Translations under genes and position numbers: made by a program
Part shown: positions 55,855 to 64,000 of the stretch, one piece after another
Layout of the letters: each line of letters begins with the position of its first letter
Position numbering within the stretch: position 1 is the stretch's first letter
DNA from: an uncultured Acidimicrobiales bacterium
GTDB lineage: Bacteria > Actinomycetota > Acidimicrobiia > Acidimicrobiales > SZUA-35
DNA: 64,000 nucleotides
Direction: 5' to 3'
Assembly (NCBI GenBank): GCA_963723995.1
Contig: CAVRSZ010000001.1
Span: 118,114-182,113 of the forward strand
The notes under the pieces: model-generated
What the model saw: the letters and a program-made list of their open reading frames with translations, nothing else
Database searches by the model: none
What the model was told of the DNA's origin: nothing

Positions 55855-56915
55855 GTTGTCACCCCCGACCGGCGCCACAGGACGAATCCGAAGAACGGGG
55901 CGCCGACCAGCGCAGTGATCACCCCGACCGGGAGCTCGGCCGGCGCCACCAGGGTCCGGGCCCCGATGTCGACGAAGGCCAGGAACGAGGCTCCGACCAG
56001 AGCGGAGAGGGGCACGATCATTCGGTAGCTGTGGCCGACCAGCATTCGCACCACGTGAGGCACGACCAGGCCGACGAAAGCGATGAGACCGCTCACCGAG
56101 ACTGCAGCCGCAGTCATCAGTGAGGCGGCGATGATGACGATCAGCCTGGTTCGGGCCGGGTCGAGGCCGACCGAGCGGGCTTCGTCGTCGCCGACCCGAA
56201 GCACGTCCAGGTGACGGCGATGGGCGTGGAGCACCAGTCCGCATACGACCACATAGGGTCCGAGCACCGCAATCTGGTGCCATCCGCTGGTGGTCAACTG
56301 GCCGAACAGCCACGACAGCACCTCCCGGGCCCGGGTCTCGTCGAGCCGCTGGATGGCGTAGGTTTGGGCCGCGGAGAAGAGCGCGGCCATGGCCACTCCG
56401 GCCAGCAGCAGGGTGGACGGTGAGTTCCATGATCCCCTTGCCACCGCGGTGGAGCCGGCCACGGCAAGAATGGATCCCAGGAAAGCAGCGGCCGGCACCG
56501 CACCGAAGGGCCCCCACCCGAGGTCGAGTCCGAATCCGAATGCGAGGACGGCGCCGAGCCCGGCTCCGGCTGACACGCCGAGCAGGTACGGGTCGGCCAG
56601 CGGATTGCGGAAGACACCCTGATACGAGGCTCCTGCCATGCCCAATGACCCCCCGACCAGCAGGCCGAGGGCCAGCCGGGGCAGCCGGATCTGGAACAGG
56701 ATGGCCTCCTGGCGCTCCGACAAGGTGCTACCGACCTCGATCAGGGGCAAGGCGTCGACCAGCGATCTCAAGACGCCGCTGATGGGCAGGCCGGCGGCTC
56801 CGGTCGTGGCCGACAGGACGGACACGGCGACCACGGCGGCCACAACGGCGATGATGGAGATGGGAGGCACCGTGAAGGCCTTGGCAATGGCCAGCCCGGC
56901 ATCGCTGTCGATCAT
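55851..56915 (-). CDS. FecCD/BtuC-family ABC permease
   Basis: FQIRLPRLALGLLVGGSLGMAGASYQGVFRNPLADPYLLGVSAGAGLG...PVGVITALVGAPFFGFVLWRR. Confidence 0.85.
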   Translation of the reverse strand: MIDSDAGLAIAKAFTVPPISIIAVVAAVVAVSVLSATTGAAGLPISGVLRSLVDALPLIEVGSTLSERQEAILFQIRLPRLALGLLVGGSLGMAGASYQGVFRNPLADPYLLGVSAGAGLGAVLAFGFGLDLGWGPFGAVPAAAFLGSILAVAGSTAVARGSWNSPSTLLLAGVAMAALFSAAQTYAIQRLDETRAREVLSWLFGQLTTSGWHQIAVLGPYVVVCGLVLHAHRRHLDVLRVGDDEARSVGLDPARTRLIVIIAASLMTAAAVSVSGLIAFVGLVVPHVVRMLVGHSYRMIVPLSALVGASFLAFVDIGARTLVAPAELPVGVITALVGAPFFGFVLWRRSGVTT

Positions 56916-56970
56916 CTCGGCCGAGCCGGTGACGGCGGTGCGGGTGACGGTGGTGCCGGCCACGGGTGAC

Positions 56971-58005
56971 TCAGGATCCGGCCGAGGCTGCGGCCATGGC
57001 CTCGGCCACGGCCAGGACGAACTGGGGCAGGCGGGGGCCCCACCGTGAGGCGATGTCGGCTTCGACCACCACGATGTTGCCGTTGCGCACCGCACTGATC
57101 CGGTCCCATCCCGGTCGAGCGGCAACATCGTCGGGGGTGTAGGAGACCTGATCGGTGATCACGATCAGCTCGGGGTCTGCTTCGACAATGTACTCCTCGG
57201 TCAGCTGGGGGAATCCCGTGTTGTCGGTGTCGGCTTCGTCGGCGATGTTGTCGGCCCCAAGCTCGGCATAGACCGCACCGATGAAGCCACTGGAGCTGGC
57301 GGAGAAGAACGTTTCGTCGAGTTCGTGATAGACACGCATCGAGGTCTCCGGCGCAATGTCGAGCGCAGCGGCCATCTCCGAACGCATCGTTGCGATGGCG
57401 GCCTCCGATCCGTCGACCTGGCCCGTGACGAGGCCGATTTCGGCCATGTCCTCGTAGCCCGATTCAACATCGGCCGGCGCCGCGCTGATCAAGACCGGGA
57501 TCTCGAGTTCGGTGAGCCCGGCAACGAGGTCGTTGGCGTCGCTGGCGATGATCACGAGGTCCGGGTCATAGGAGGCGATGGCCTCGATGTTGGGATCGAA
57601 GCCGGAGAGGTCGGTGGTCGGTGCGTCCGGGGGATAGTTGGAGAAGGAATCGACGGCCACCACCTGGTCGCCTGCTCCCACTGCGAACAGGATCTCGGTG
57701 GCCGTGGGCGACAGCGACACGATACGTTCCGGCGGAGCGTCCAACGTCCAGGCCTGACCGGCGGACTCGAAGGATACAGGGAAGCCTGCGGTTGCCTCGT
57801 CGTCCTGCTGGGCGGCCGCGTCCTCACCTTCGTCGGCCTCCTCACCGTCGGACTCATCGCCGTTGTCGCCACCGGAGTCGGCGTCGCCACCGGAGTCGGT
57901 AGCGGTCTCGGGCCCGCTGGTCTCGGTGTCGCCGTCGCCTCCGCAAGCGGCGGTGAACAGGGTGAAGGCTGCCAGCAGCAAGGCCAGCAGTCGGAGTCGT
58001 GGCAT
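56971..58005 (-). CDS. ABC substrate-binding lipoprotein (BtuF/FecB-type)
   Basis: MPRLRLLALLLAAFTLFTAACGG lipobox, a D/E/G-rich linker, then ..ERIVSLSPTATEILFAVGAGDQVVAVD.. GGAGG RBS. Confidence 0.8.
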   Translation of the reverse strand: MPRLRLLALLLAAFTLFTAACGGDGDTETSGPETATDSGGDADSGGDNGDESDGEEADEGEDAAAQQDDEATAGFPVSFESAGQAWTLDAPPERIVSLSPTATEILFAVGAGDQVVAVDSFSNYPPDAPTTDLSGFDPNIEAIASYDPDLVIIASDANDLVAGLTELEIPVLISAAPADVESGYEDMAEIGLVTGQVDGSEAAIATMRSEMAAALDIAPETSMRVYHELDETFFSASSSGFIGAVYAELGADNIADEADTDNTGFPQLTEEYIVEADPELIVITDQVSYTPDDVAARPGWDRISAVRNGNIVVVEADIASRWGPRLPQFVLAVAEAMAAASAGS

Positions 58006-58059
58006 CGGGTACCTCCTTATGGTCGAGGTACTCGAGTTCGTTCGACCCGATCGGGGCCG

Positions 58060-58240
58060 CCCGAACCAACCCCAAGTCCTCGAGGGTTCAATTGGTTCGA
58101 TGAAACACCAGAGTTCGACCGGACTCGCCGATGCCGGGCATCGGATTACCGTTGCGGGACAGTGCCGGAATTCAACCGGACTTCGCCCCTGGGCTCGCTC
58201 GGATCCTAGCCGCCCGGTCCTTGCCGGTACAACAACCCCG
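58060..58240 (-). promoter_or_regulatory. cobalamin (B12) riboswitch-like leader
   Basis: The minus strand reads GGGGCGAAGTCCGGTTGAATTCCGGCACTGTCCCGCAACGGTAATCC...GAGTCCGGTCGAACTCTGG. This matches the recalled core GGGAA..GGTG.AA.TCC..C.G.CCCGCAAC.GTAA and has a partial B12 box (AGYCMGG). It lies upstream of the BtuF-like operon. Confidence 0.6.
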
Positions 58241-58291
58241 GCGGCCACACGTCTTGCACAGGGCGATCCGGTAGCCGGCGGAGATGGTTTT

Positions 58292-59506
58292 CTAGATGAC
58301 CGCCGTTTCGCCGAAAGGCCGGTTGTCGACGATGCGCTCGTAGCCGAGCGGCGAAAGGTCAAGGGATCGGTAGTTGCCATGGCAGATCAACTCGGCCACG
58401 CCCCGCCCGATGGCCGGCGCCTGCTGGAGGCCGTGGCCGGAGAAGCCGTTGGCAAAGACGAAGTTGTTGACGCCAGGGTGGGGTCCGACCACGACATTCT
58501 GGTCCAACGTGTTGTAGGCGTAGTGGCCGGCCCACTGGCTCGTGACCTTGATTCGCTCAAAGGTGGGAATGCGATGGGCCAGGACCGGCCAGACCTTCCG
58601 CTCGAAAACGTCGTGGTCCATGGCGAAGTCGTCGTAGTCGACGGCGGGGTCGGGATCGGGGCTGCAGCCGGCCAGAAAGGCGGCACCGTCGCTGCGGACA
58701 TGAACGCCGGACGGATCGATGGTCAGAGGAAGTGTGCCGTCAAGTGCCTCGCCCGCCTTGAACACGAAGCTGAAACGCTTGCGGGGCTCGACCGGCAGAG
58801 CCAGCCCGGCCATTCTGGCCACCTCGACCGCTCGGGGGCCTGCGGCATTTACCACGGCGGAGCAGCCGATCCGCCGGCCCCCTCCAAGCCGAACCGCCGT
58901 GACCCGGTTGCCGATCATGTCGAGGTCGACCACCTCGGCCTCGTGGTAGTGCACTCCGTTGTCCCTGGCCTTGCGTCGCCACCAATCGAACATGGTGCCT
59001 GAATCGAAGTAACCCTCGTTCACCGGGTTGTGGCTGCCGCACACGATGTCGTCGAGGTTGTAGAACGGGTAGGCGGCCCTGATCTCGTCAGGGGTCATGA
59101 TGACGGTGGCCGCCCCCAGATCGGCCTGGACTGCCTGATTTCGTCGGAGGTGGGCGGCCGTTGGCTCGTCGGCGGCCAGGTAGAGGTAGCCGAAGTAGTC
59201 GGTGAAGATGTCGGGGATGTCGGGGTCACCACCCAGTTCGTCCCGGAAGTTGGCGATGAAGTCCGCACCGTAGCGGGAGATCTGGATGTTGATCGGGTTG
59301 GAGAACTGCTGACGTATGCAGCTGTTGGTGCGGGAGGTCGATGAGTTGGTGTAGCTCATGTCCCGCTCGATCACGAGAATCGACCCGTCGAACTCGTCGT
59401 TGGCCGACAAGAACCAAGCGATGGCCGACCCGATGACGGCTCCTCCGATGATGATGATGTCGTAGCCGTCGGCCTGTGGCTGATGTGGTGGCACTTCCCG
59501 CCCCAT
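58292..59506 (-). CDS. FAD-dependent oxidoreductase (DAO / sarcosine-oxidase-beta-like family)
   Basis: YDIIIIGGAVIGSAIAWFLS...LVIERD...NAAGP...FANGFSGHGLQQAPAIG. Confidence 0.8.
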   Translation of the reverse strand: MGREVPPHQPQADGYDIIIIGGAVIGSAIAWFLSANDEFDGSILVIERDMSYTNSSTSRTNSCIRQQFSNPINIQISRYGADFIANFRDELGGDPDIPDIFTDYFGYLYLAADEPTAAHLRRNQAVQADLGAATVIMTPDEIRAAYPFYNLDDIVCGSHNPVNEGYFDSGTMFDWWRRKARDNGVHYHEAEVVDLDMIGNRVTAVRLGGGRRIGCSAVVNAAGPRAVEVARMAGLALPVEPRKRFSFVFKAGEALDGTLPLTIDPSGVHVRSDGAAFLAGCSPDPDPAVDYDDFAMDHDVFERKVWPVLAHRIPTFERIKVTSQWAGHYAYNTLDQNVVVGPHPGVNNFVFANGFSGHGLQQAPAIGRGVAELICHGNYRSLDLSPLGYERIVDNRPFGETAVI

Positions 59507-59756
59507 CAGGCGTCACACTTCTCGGTGAGTTGCGAAAACAGTTCACTGTCGATGGCGGCCGGGTGCGGCACGGCACCTCCCACGACGTTCACCTTCCGTC
59601 TGAGTCAGAGCACAACACTAGTGCCGTGACCACAAAGGTTGGCGCGCCTCACGGTGTAAGGCCTGATGGTCGATGGCGGGTTTGTGTTGGTTGTGGGTGC
59701 GGTGTCGGGCTTGGCGATCCCCTTCTTGGCCCACACCACTCCCCCCACATGGTGTC

Positions 59757-60041
59757 ATCACCAACCGAATAGAGGCCATGGAACTGCCGGACGCCGCACA
59801 GCTTGTGGTAGTTCGCTCGCAACCGCCGAGGCCGCTTCTTGGCCGCCCAGCAACAGCCCTTCACCGGGTGCAGACCGAGTGGGGCGAACTCGTCGAACGC
59901 GAACGTCCGGTCCGGGGCGTGTTCAACTACCCACTCGATACGGTCCAGCTTGGCGTCACGGTCCGCATCGCTGGATTCTTTCCAGGCTTTGGCCCGCTGG
60001 AAGGTGGCTCCTTCGGCGTGTTCACCAACACCGCAGGCCAC
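59757..60041 (-). mobile_element. IS630-family transposase fragment
   Basis: ATFQRAKAWKESSDADRDAKLDRIEWVVEHAPDRTFAFDEFAPLGLHPVKGCCWAAKKRPRRLRANYHKLCGVRQFHGLYSVGDDTMWG matches the recalled mid-region of actinobacterial IS630 transposases. The DDE C-terminal half is absent. Confidence 0.6.
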
Positions 60042-60231
60042 ACCCGCTGCTTCTTCACCTACAACCCTCCTCAGGGTTTCGCCCTCATCTTCGATGTCAC
60101 CTTGGTCGATGACGGCAACGGGTCTGAGCGTTGGCGAGCTCCGCTTCGGCGGTGACGCCGGCTGACCAGGCCGTCGATCTCGGACCGTGGAGTGTTTGCA
60201 ATACCGAGCGACGGCGGATTAACTCGGGGTC

Positions 60232-60915
60232 ATGGCGATCGTGCGGCGGATGCGGGAAGGTCGGCGTCGGTTCCGCCGCAAGGTCCACGAGGTGGGGTGG
60301 GGGTACACACTTCAGATCGCCATGCAGCGCTTCCTCCCGGCATTCCTCTTCGACGTCTCGGTGCTCTGGATCTGTGAGCTGCCGCTCGCCGAAGCACCGG
60401 TTGCGGTCGATCCTGGCTTCGTCTTCCGCCCGCCGTCCGAGATCGAGCGGCTGGTCGAGTCCGGAAGACTGCGAGAAAAGCTCGGACCGGCCGCAACCGA
60501 TCCGACCGCAGTGGTCTGGACTCTGGACGTCGACGGTGAACCGGCCGGCTACTTCCTGCTCCGAAAAGACTGCTATCGCCCGTTCCACTTCCTGCGACTG
60601 GATGTCGAACCCTTCGAACGGGCGGGAGCAGAGCTCTATGTTGCGCCCGAGCGACGGGGGCGAGGGCTGGGGCCCCGAATGAACGAACTGGCCGCTCACC
60701 ACTACCGCCACCAGGGTTTCACGAGGATCGTCTCGATGGTCGATGCCTGGAACCGCAATGCCCTCAGAGGAGACGAGAAGGTCGGGTATCGCCGACTCGA
60801 CCGACTCGTCGTGGTGCGCTTCCTCGGGCTCATGGTCATCCGAGTCCGCCACCGGACCCACGTGGGACGGTGGACGGATGAGCGCCCGTTCTTGCTGTCC
60901 ACTTCCGACCTCTGA
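60232..60915 (+). CDS. GNAT-like N-acetyltransferase (weak)
   Basis: AELYVAPERRGRGLGPRMNELAAHHYRHQGFTRIVSMVDAWNRNALRGDEKVGYR resembles the acetyl-CoA-binding R/Q-x-x-G-x-G/A region. Confidence 0.5.
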   Translation: MAIVRRMREGRRRFRRKVHEVGWGYTLQIAMQRFLPAFLFDVSVLWICELPLAEAPVAVDPGFVFRPPSEIERLVESGRLREKLGPAATDPTAVVWTLDVDGEPAGYFLLRKDCYRPFHFLRLDVEPFERAGAELYVAPERRGRGLGPRMNELAAHHYRHQGFTRIVSMVDAWNRNALRGDEKVGYRRLDRLVVVRFLGLMVIRVRHRTHVGRWTDERPFLLSTSDL

Positions 60916-61205
60916 ACTCAGCCTGCCTCCGACCGGAATCGCCGGTGATGGCCCGGGATTGGTAGAGAGAGGACGGACACCCGCTGCCAGCGCTAGGACC
61001 GATCCGCCCGTCGGTCCAGCGGGGCGAAGATGGCGATTTCGCCAGGTCCGATCGTAGCCGTAGTCGGATCTCCCGATCGTCTTGCTCGACGCCGACGCCG
61101 GTCGAATTCGCCAAAAGGTCTGAGCAGGATGACTCACGCCAGCGCCAGTGGTTAGGCAGCGCAGTAGCCTACACCCTTGTCGTCGGAGATTGGGGGTGGC
61201 GGTTC

Positions 61206-62399
61206 GTGGGGCCAATGGGCGGAGTCAAGGTTGTCGAGATCGGGCTCTGGGTCGCCGGTCCCAGCTGCGGTGGAATCCTTGCCGATTGGGGCGCTGATGT
61301 CGTCAAGATCGAGCCGTTGGGCGGTGACCCGTTCCGCTCGATCGAGTGGCAGTACCCAAACAACGTCAATCCACCATTCGAGCTCGATAATCGTGGCAAG
61401 CGGAGCCTGGCGCTCGACATCACCGATGAGCGGGGCCTGCGGCTCGTTCACGACCTCCTCGCCTCCGCTGATGTGTTCATTACCAACTATCGGCCGGGCG
61501 GTCTCGTCCGAGCCGGTCTCGACTACCCGTCGCTAGCCGATCGGTACCCGCAGCTGATCTACGCCCAGGTGTCGGGCTACGGCCTGGCCGGCGACGAGCA
61601 GGACCGGGCCTCCTACGACATGGGGGCGTTCTACAGCCGAGCGGGAATCGGAGCGGCCATCACCCCCGAGGGCCAAGACCTTCCGTACCCACGCTCGGCG
61701 ATGGGTGATCACATGACCGGGCTTTCGGCGGCAGCCGGTGTCTCGGCTGCGCTCTTCGATCGTGGTCGGACGGGGCGAGGCCAGCAAATCTCCACATCGC
61801 TGTTGCGGGTTGGGACCTACATGTACGGGTGGGATCACAACGTCAGCGCCCGGCTCGACATCGATGCCGAGCCGCTCACCCGTTCCCGTCCTCCGAATCC
61901 GTTGATCAATGGCTACCGCTGCGGCGACGGTAGGTGGGTCTGGTTGTTGGGCATGGAGGGCGATCGCCACTGGCCGAACGTGCTGGCCGCCTTGGGTACG
62001 CCGGAGTGGGAGAACGATGCTCGCTTCGCAACGGTCGAGACCCGGATGGAGAACTCGGCCGAGCTGGTGGCGGCCATCGACGAGGTGATGGCCACGAAGA
62101 CCAGGGCGGAGTGGGCCCCGATCTTGGACCGTCACGACGTCTGGTGGGCCAAGGTCCAGTCGACGCTGGAGATGCGGTCGGACCCTCAGGCCCACGCCGC
62201 AGGCTGCTACGTGAAGGCCCCGACCAAGAAGGGGGACATAGTGGACATGGTGGCCACCCCCGTCGACTTCGGCGCCACACCGTGGGAGGTGTCGGTGGCC
62301 GCCCCGGAGCTGGGCCAGCACACCGAGTCGGTTCTGATCGAGCTGGGCAAGGACTGGGACGAGATCGAGGCGCTGAAGGTCGCCGGCGTCATTCTCTGA
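61206..62399 (+). CDS. family III CoA-transferase (CaiB/BaiF/Frc type)
   Basis: GVKVVEIGLWVAGPSCGGILADWGADVVKIEPLGGDPFR...FITNYRPG... Confidence 0.85.
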   Translation: MGPMGGVKVVEIGLWVAGPSCGGILADWGADVVKIEPLGGDPFRSIEWQYPNNVNPPFELDNRGKRSLALDITDERGLRLVHDLLASADVFITNYRPGGLVRAGLDYPSLADRYPQLIYAQVSGYGLAGDEQDRASYDMGAFYSRAGIGAAITPEGQDLPYPRSAMGDHMTGLSAAAGVSAALFDRGRTGRGQQISTSLLRVGTYMYGWDHNVSARLDIDAEPLTRSRPPNPLINGYRCGDGRWVWLLGMEGDRHWPNVLAALGTPEWENDARFATVETRMENSAELVAAIDEVMATKTRAEWAPILDRHDVWWAKVQSTLEMRSDPQAHAAGCYVKAPTKKGDIVDMVATPVDFGATPWEVSVAAPELGQHTESVLIELGKDWDEIEALKVAGVIL

Positions 62400-63160
62400 G
62401 CTCGACGGATCCCGTCACCGTCGCACGGTAGAGCCTCCCAAAAGGCTCGCTCCACCTCCGGGTTCCGAAGGAGTTCGTCGCCCGTTCCGGCGTAGGTGAT
62501 TCGGCCCAGCTCCATGACGAAGCCACGGTGGCTGATGCTCAGTCCCTGACGGGCGTTCTGCTCGATGAGTAGCACGGCGATTCCGAGTTCCTGGTTGAGC
62601 CGCAGCACGGTCTGGAGCACGGCGGCCGAGATCTTCGGGGCGAGCCCGGCCGACGGTTCGTCCATCAGGAGCAGGTGGGGCTCCCACATCAGGGCCCGTC
62701 CGATCTCGATCATGCGCTGCTCCCCACCACTCATCGTTCCCACCAGCTGCCTCGCCCGGGGCGCCAGATCGGGGAAGAGCTCGAGAGCGTAGGCGATCCT
62801 CTCCTGGACGCGCCGCCGGTCGCGGACGAGGTACATCCCCAGCTCCAGGTTCTCGACCACGGTCATCTGCGGGAAGAGGCTGCGTTGCTGGGGCACGATC
62901 GTGATGCCGAGGTGCAGCATTCGACGGGGCGATGAACCGGTCACGTCGTCACCCCGGAACCGTATTCGTCCGGCCCGCACCGGCATGAAGCCGTAGACCA
63001 CGTTGAACACGGTCGACTTGCCGGCGCCGTTGGGACCGATGACGCACACGACCTCGCGTTCTTTCACCTGTAGGTCTAGTGCCTGCAGCACGTCGGCCTC
63101 GCCATAGCCGGCGCGGATACCGTTCAGGTCGAGCAGTGGCGTCACCGGTCCCTCAGACAT
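62207..63160 (-). CDS. livF: branched-chain-amino-acid-type ABC ATPase (LivF-like); 3' end abnormally extended
   Basis: GPNGAGKST, MSGGEQRMIEIGRAL, LLLMDEPSAGLAP. Homology ends at ..NPEVERAF, but the ORF runs about 80 codons further, antisense into the CoA-transferase gene. Confidence 0.8.
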   Translation of the reverse strand: MSEGPVTPLLDLNGIRAGYGEADVLQALDLQVKEREVVCVIGPNGAGKSTVFNVVYGFMPVRAGRIRFRGDDVTGSSPRRMLHLGITIVPQQRSLFPQMTVVENLELGMYLVRDRRRVQERIAYALELFPDLAPRARQLVGTMSGGEQRMIEIGRALMWEPHLLLMDEPSAGLAPKISAAVLQTVLRLNQELGIAVLLIEQNARQGLSISHRGFVMELGRITYAGTGDELLRNPEVERAFWEALPCDGDGIRRAQRMTPATFSASISSQSLPSSIRTDSVCWPSSGAATDTSHGVAPKSTGVATMSTMSPFLVGAFT

Positions 63161-63938
63161 CGACGCCGTCCTGGCCAAAGTACGCTGCCACGACGGTGGG
63201 ATCGGCGAAGACGGCGGCAACCTCACCGTCGGCCAGTTTCTGCCCGTGATCGAGCACGACCACTCGGCGGCAGAGGCTGGCTATTAGCTCGGTGTTGTGT
63301 TCGATGAGCACGACTGTCTTTCCGAGTTCGGTGTTCAGCGTGGCGACTCGATCGCTGATGGTGTCGACGAGGGCCGGGTTGACGCCCGATGTCGCCTCGT
63401 CCAGGAGGATGAGATCGGGATCGGGCATGAGGGCCATGGCGATCTCAAGCAACCGCTGCTGGCCCCAGGACAGCGAGCCTGCCTGTTGGGCTCGCTGGGT
63501 GTGCAACGTGACGAAGTGGAGGAGCTCCTCGGCCCGGCCGGTGGCGGACGGTCCGCTCGTTCGGAGCAGGTCGAGCGGGCCCCTCTTGCGCCATTGCTGG
63601 CTCAGCAGCATATTCTCCATCAGTGTGAGCCCTCGGTACACCCGAATGTTCTGGAAGGTGCGGGACATACCCAGGCGTGCCACTTCGAACGGCTTGCAGT
63701 CCGTGATGTCCTGCTCCCGGAAGAAGAGCCGGCCCTCGGTGACGTTCTCCAGGCCGGTCAGGCAGTTGAACAGGGTGGTCTTGCCGCTGCCGTTTGGTCC
63801 GATCAGCCCGACCATGTCGCCAGCGTGGATCACCAAATCGACCCCGGTGAGCGCAACCAGGCCCCCGAACGACTTGCTGATTCCTCGACCCTCCAGCAGC
63901 GGCTGATCCTTCTCGGCCGGGGTGGCTGGCCGTGTCAC
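63153..63938 (-). CDS. livG: branched-chain-amino-acid-type ABC ATPase (LivG-like)
   Basis: GPNGSGKTTLFNCLTG, LSWGQQRLLEIAMAL, ILLDEATSGVNP, and the C-terminal ..DPTVVAAYFG. Confidence 0.85.
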   Translation of the reverse strand: MTRPATPAEKDQPLLEGRGISKSFGGLVALTGVDLVIHAGDMVGLIGPNGSGKTTLFNCLTGLENVTEGRLFFREQDITDCKPFEVARLGMSRTFQNIRVYRGLTLMENMLLSQQWRKRGPLDLLRTSGPSATGRAEELLHFVTLHTQRAQQAGSLSWGQQRLLEIAMALMPDPDLILLDEATSGVNPALVDTISDRVATLNTELGKTVVLIEHNTELIASLCRRVVVLDHGQKLADGEVAAVFADPTVVAAYFGQDGVDV

Positions 63939-64000
63939 CTCTGCCGCCGCCGCCGGGCCCAGGCCCGCCGCACATCGAAGCCGGATCGATCGCCGAGCAG
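63935..64000 (-). CDS. 3' end of an upstream gene (possibly the LivM-type permease), partial at window edge
   Basis: Open frame ..LLGDRSGFDVRRAWARRRRQR*, whose TGA overlaps the LivG GTG (GTGA). Too short to identify. Confidence 0.3.
   Translation of the reverse strand: MLGDRSGFDVRRAWARRRRQR

Noticed and set aside
1-64000. CRISPR arrays, rRNA, tRNA, prophage structural genes or a secondary-metabolite core (PKS/NRPS).
   Set aside because: No short regularly spaced direct repeats, no rRNA/tRNA-like conserved blocks, and no capsid, terminase, KS or adenylation-domain signatures were seen in any frame.

Overview
Visibly GC-rich, actinobacterial-type chromosomal segment, judged by gene families, GTG/TTG starts and overlapping ATGA/GTGA gene junctions. 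I found no rRNA, tRNA or CRISPR array. About 60 credible protein genes are present. They are mostly accessory metabolism (alpha/beta hydrolases, SDR/MDR oxidoreductases, a methyltransferase, a CoA-transferase), many one-component regulators (TetR x6, IclR x2, MarR, ArsR, WYL) and transporters (CPA2-USP antiporter, ClC, APC/SLC12-like, a BtuFCD-like ABC system behind a cobalamin-riboswitch-like leader, LivFG). Four things stand out. (1) A reading frame at 43966-44952 (-) is split by the ORF track at an in-frame TGA. Read through, it gives a GrdB/PrdB-family protein with a U-x-x-C motif and a SECIS-like hairpin just downstream. It is translationally coupled to a GcvT/DmdA-family aminomethyltransferase, sits behind an IclR gene and faces a CoADR-type flavoprotein. 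This is my best candidate for an undescribed selenium-dependent system. (2) A paralogous IclR controls a tightly coupled operon of SBP56 (methanethiol-oxidase family), 2Fe-2S ferredoxin, CoA-binding protein and enoyl-CoA hydratase. (3) Positions 14.2-21 kb form a toxin-antitoxin-dense island (VapBC x3, MazEF x2) packed with fragments of unrelated genes. Two further TA pairs and one decayed mazF lie elsewhere. (4) A ~1.2 kb direct segmental duplication (14249-15439 and 25713-26550) has decayed reciprocally, and one copy carries an in-frame antitoxin-toxin chimera. The window also holds at least 16 frameshifted or truncated genes, several with the shift at a homopolymer run. These are either real decay or assembly error. 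All family calls come from reading translations and recalled motifs. No searches were run.
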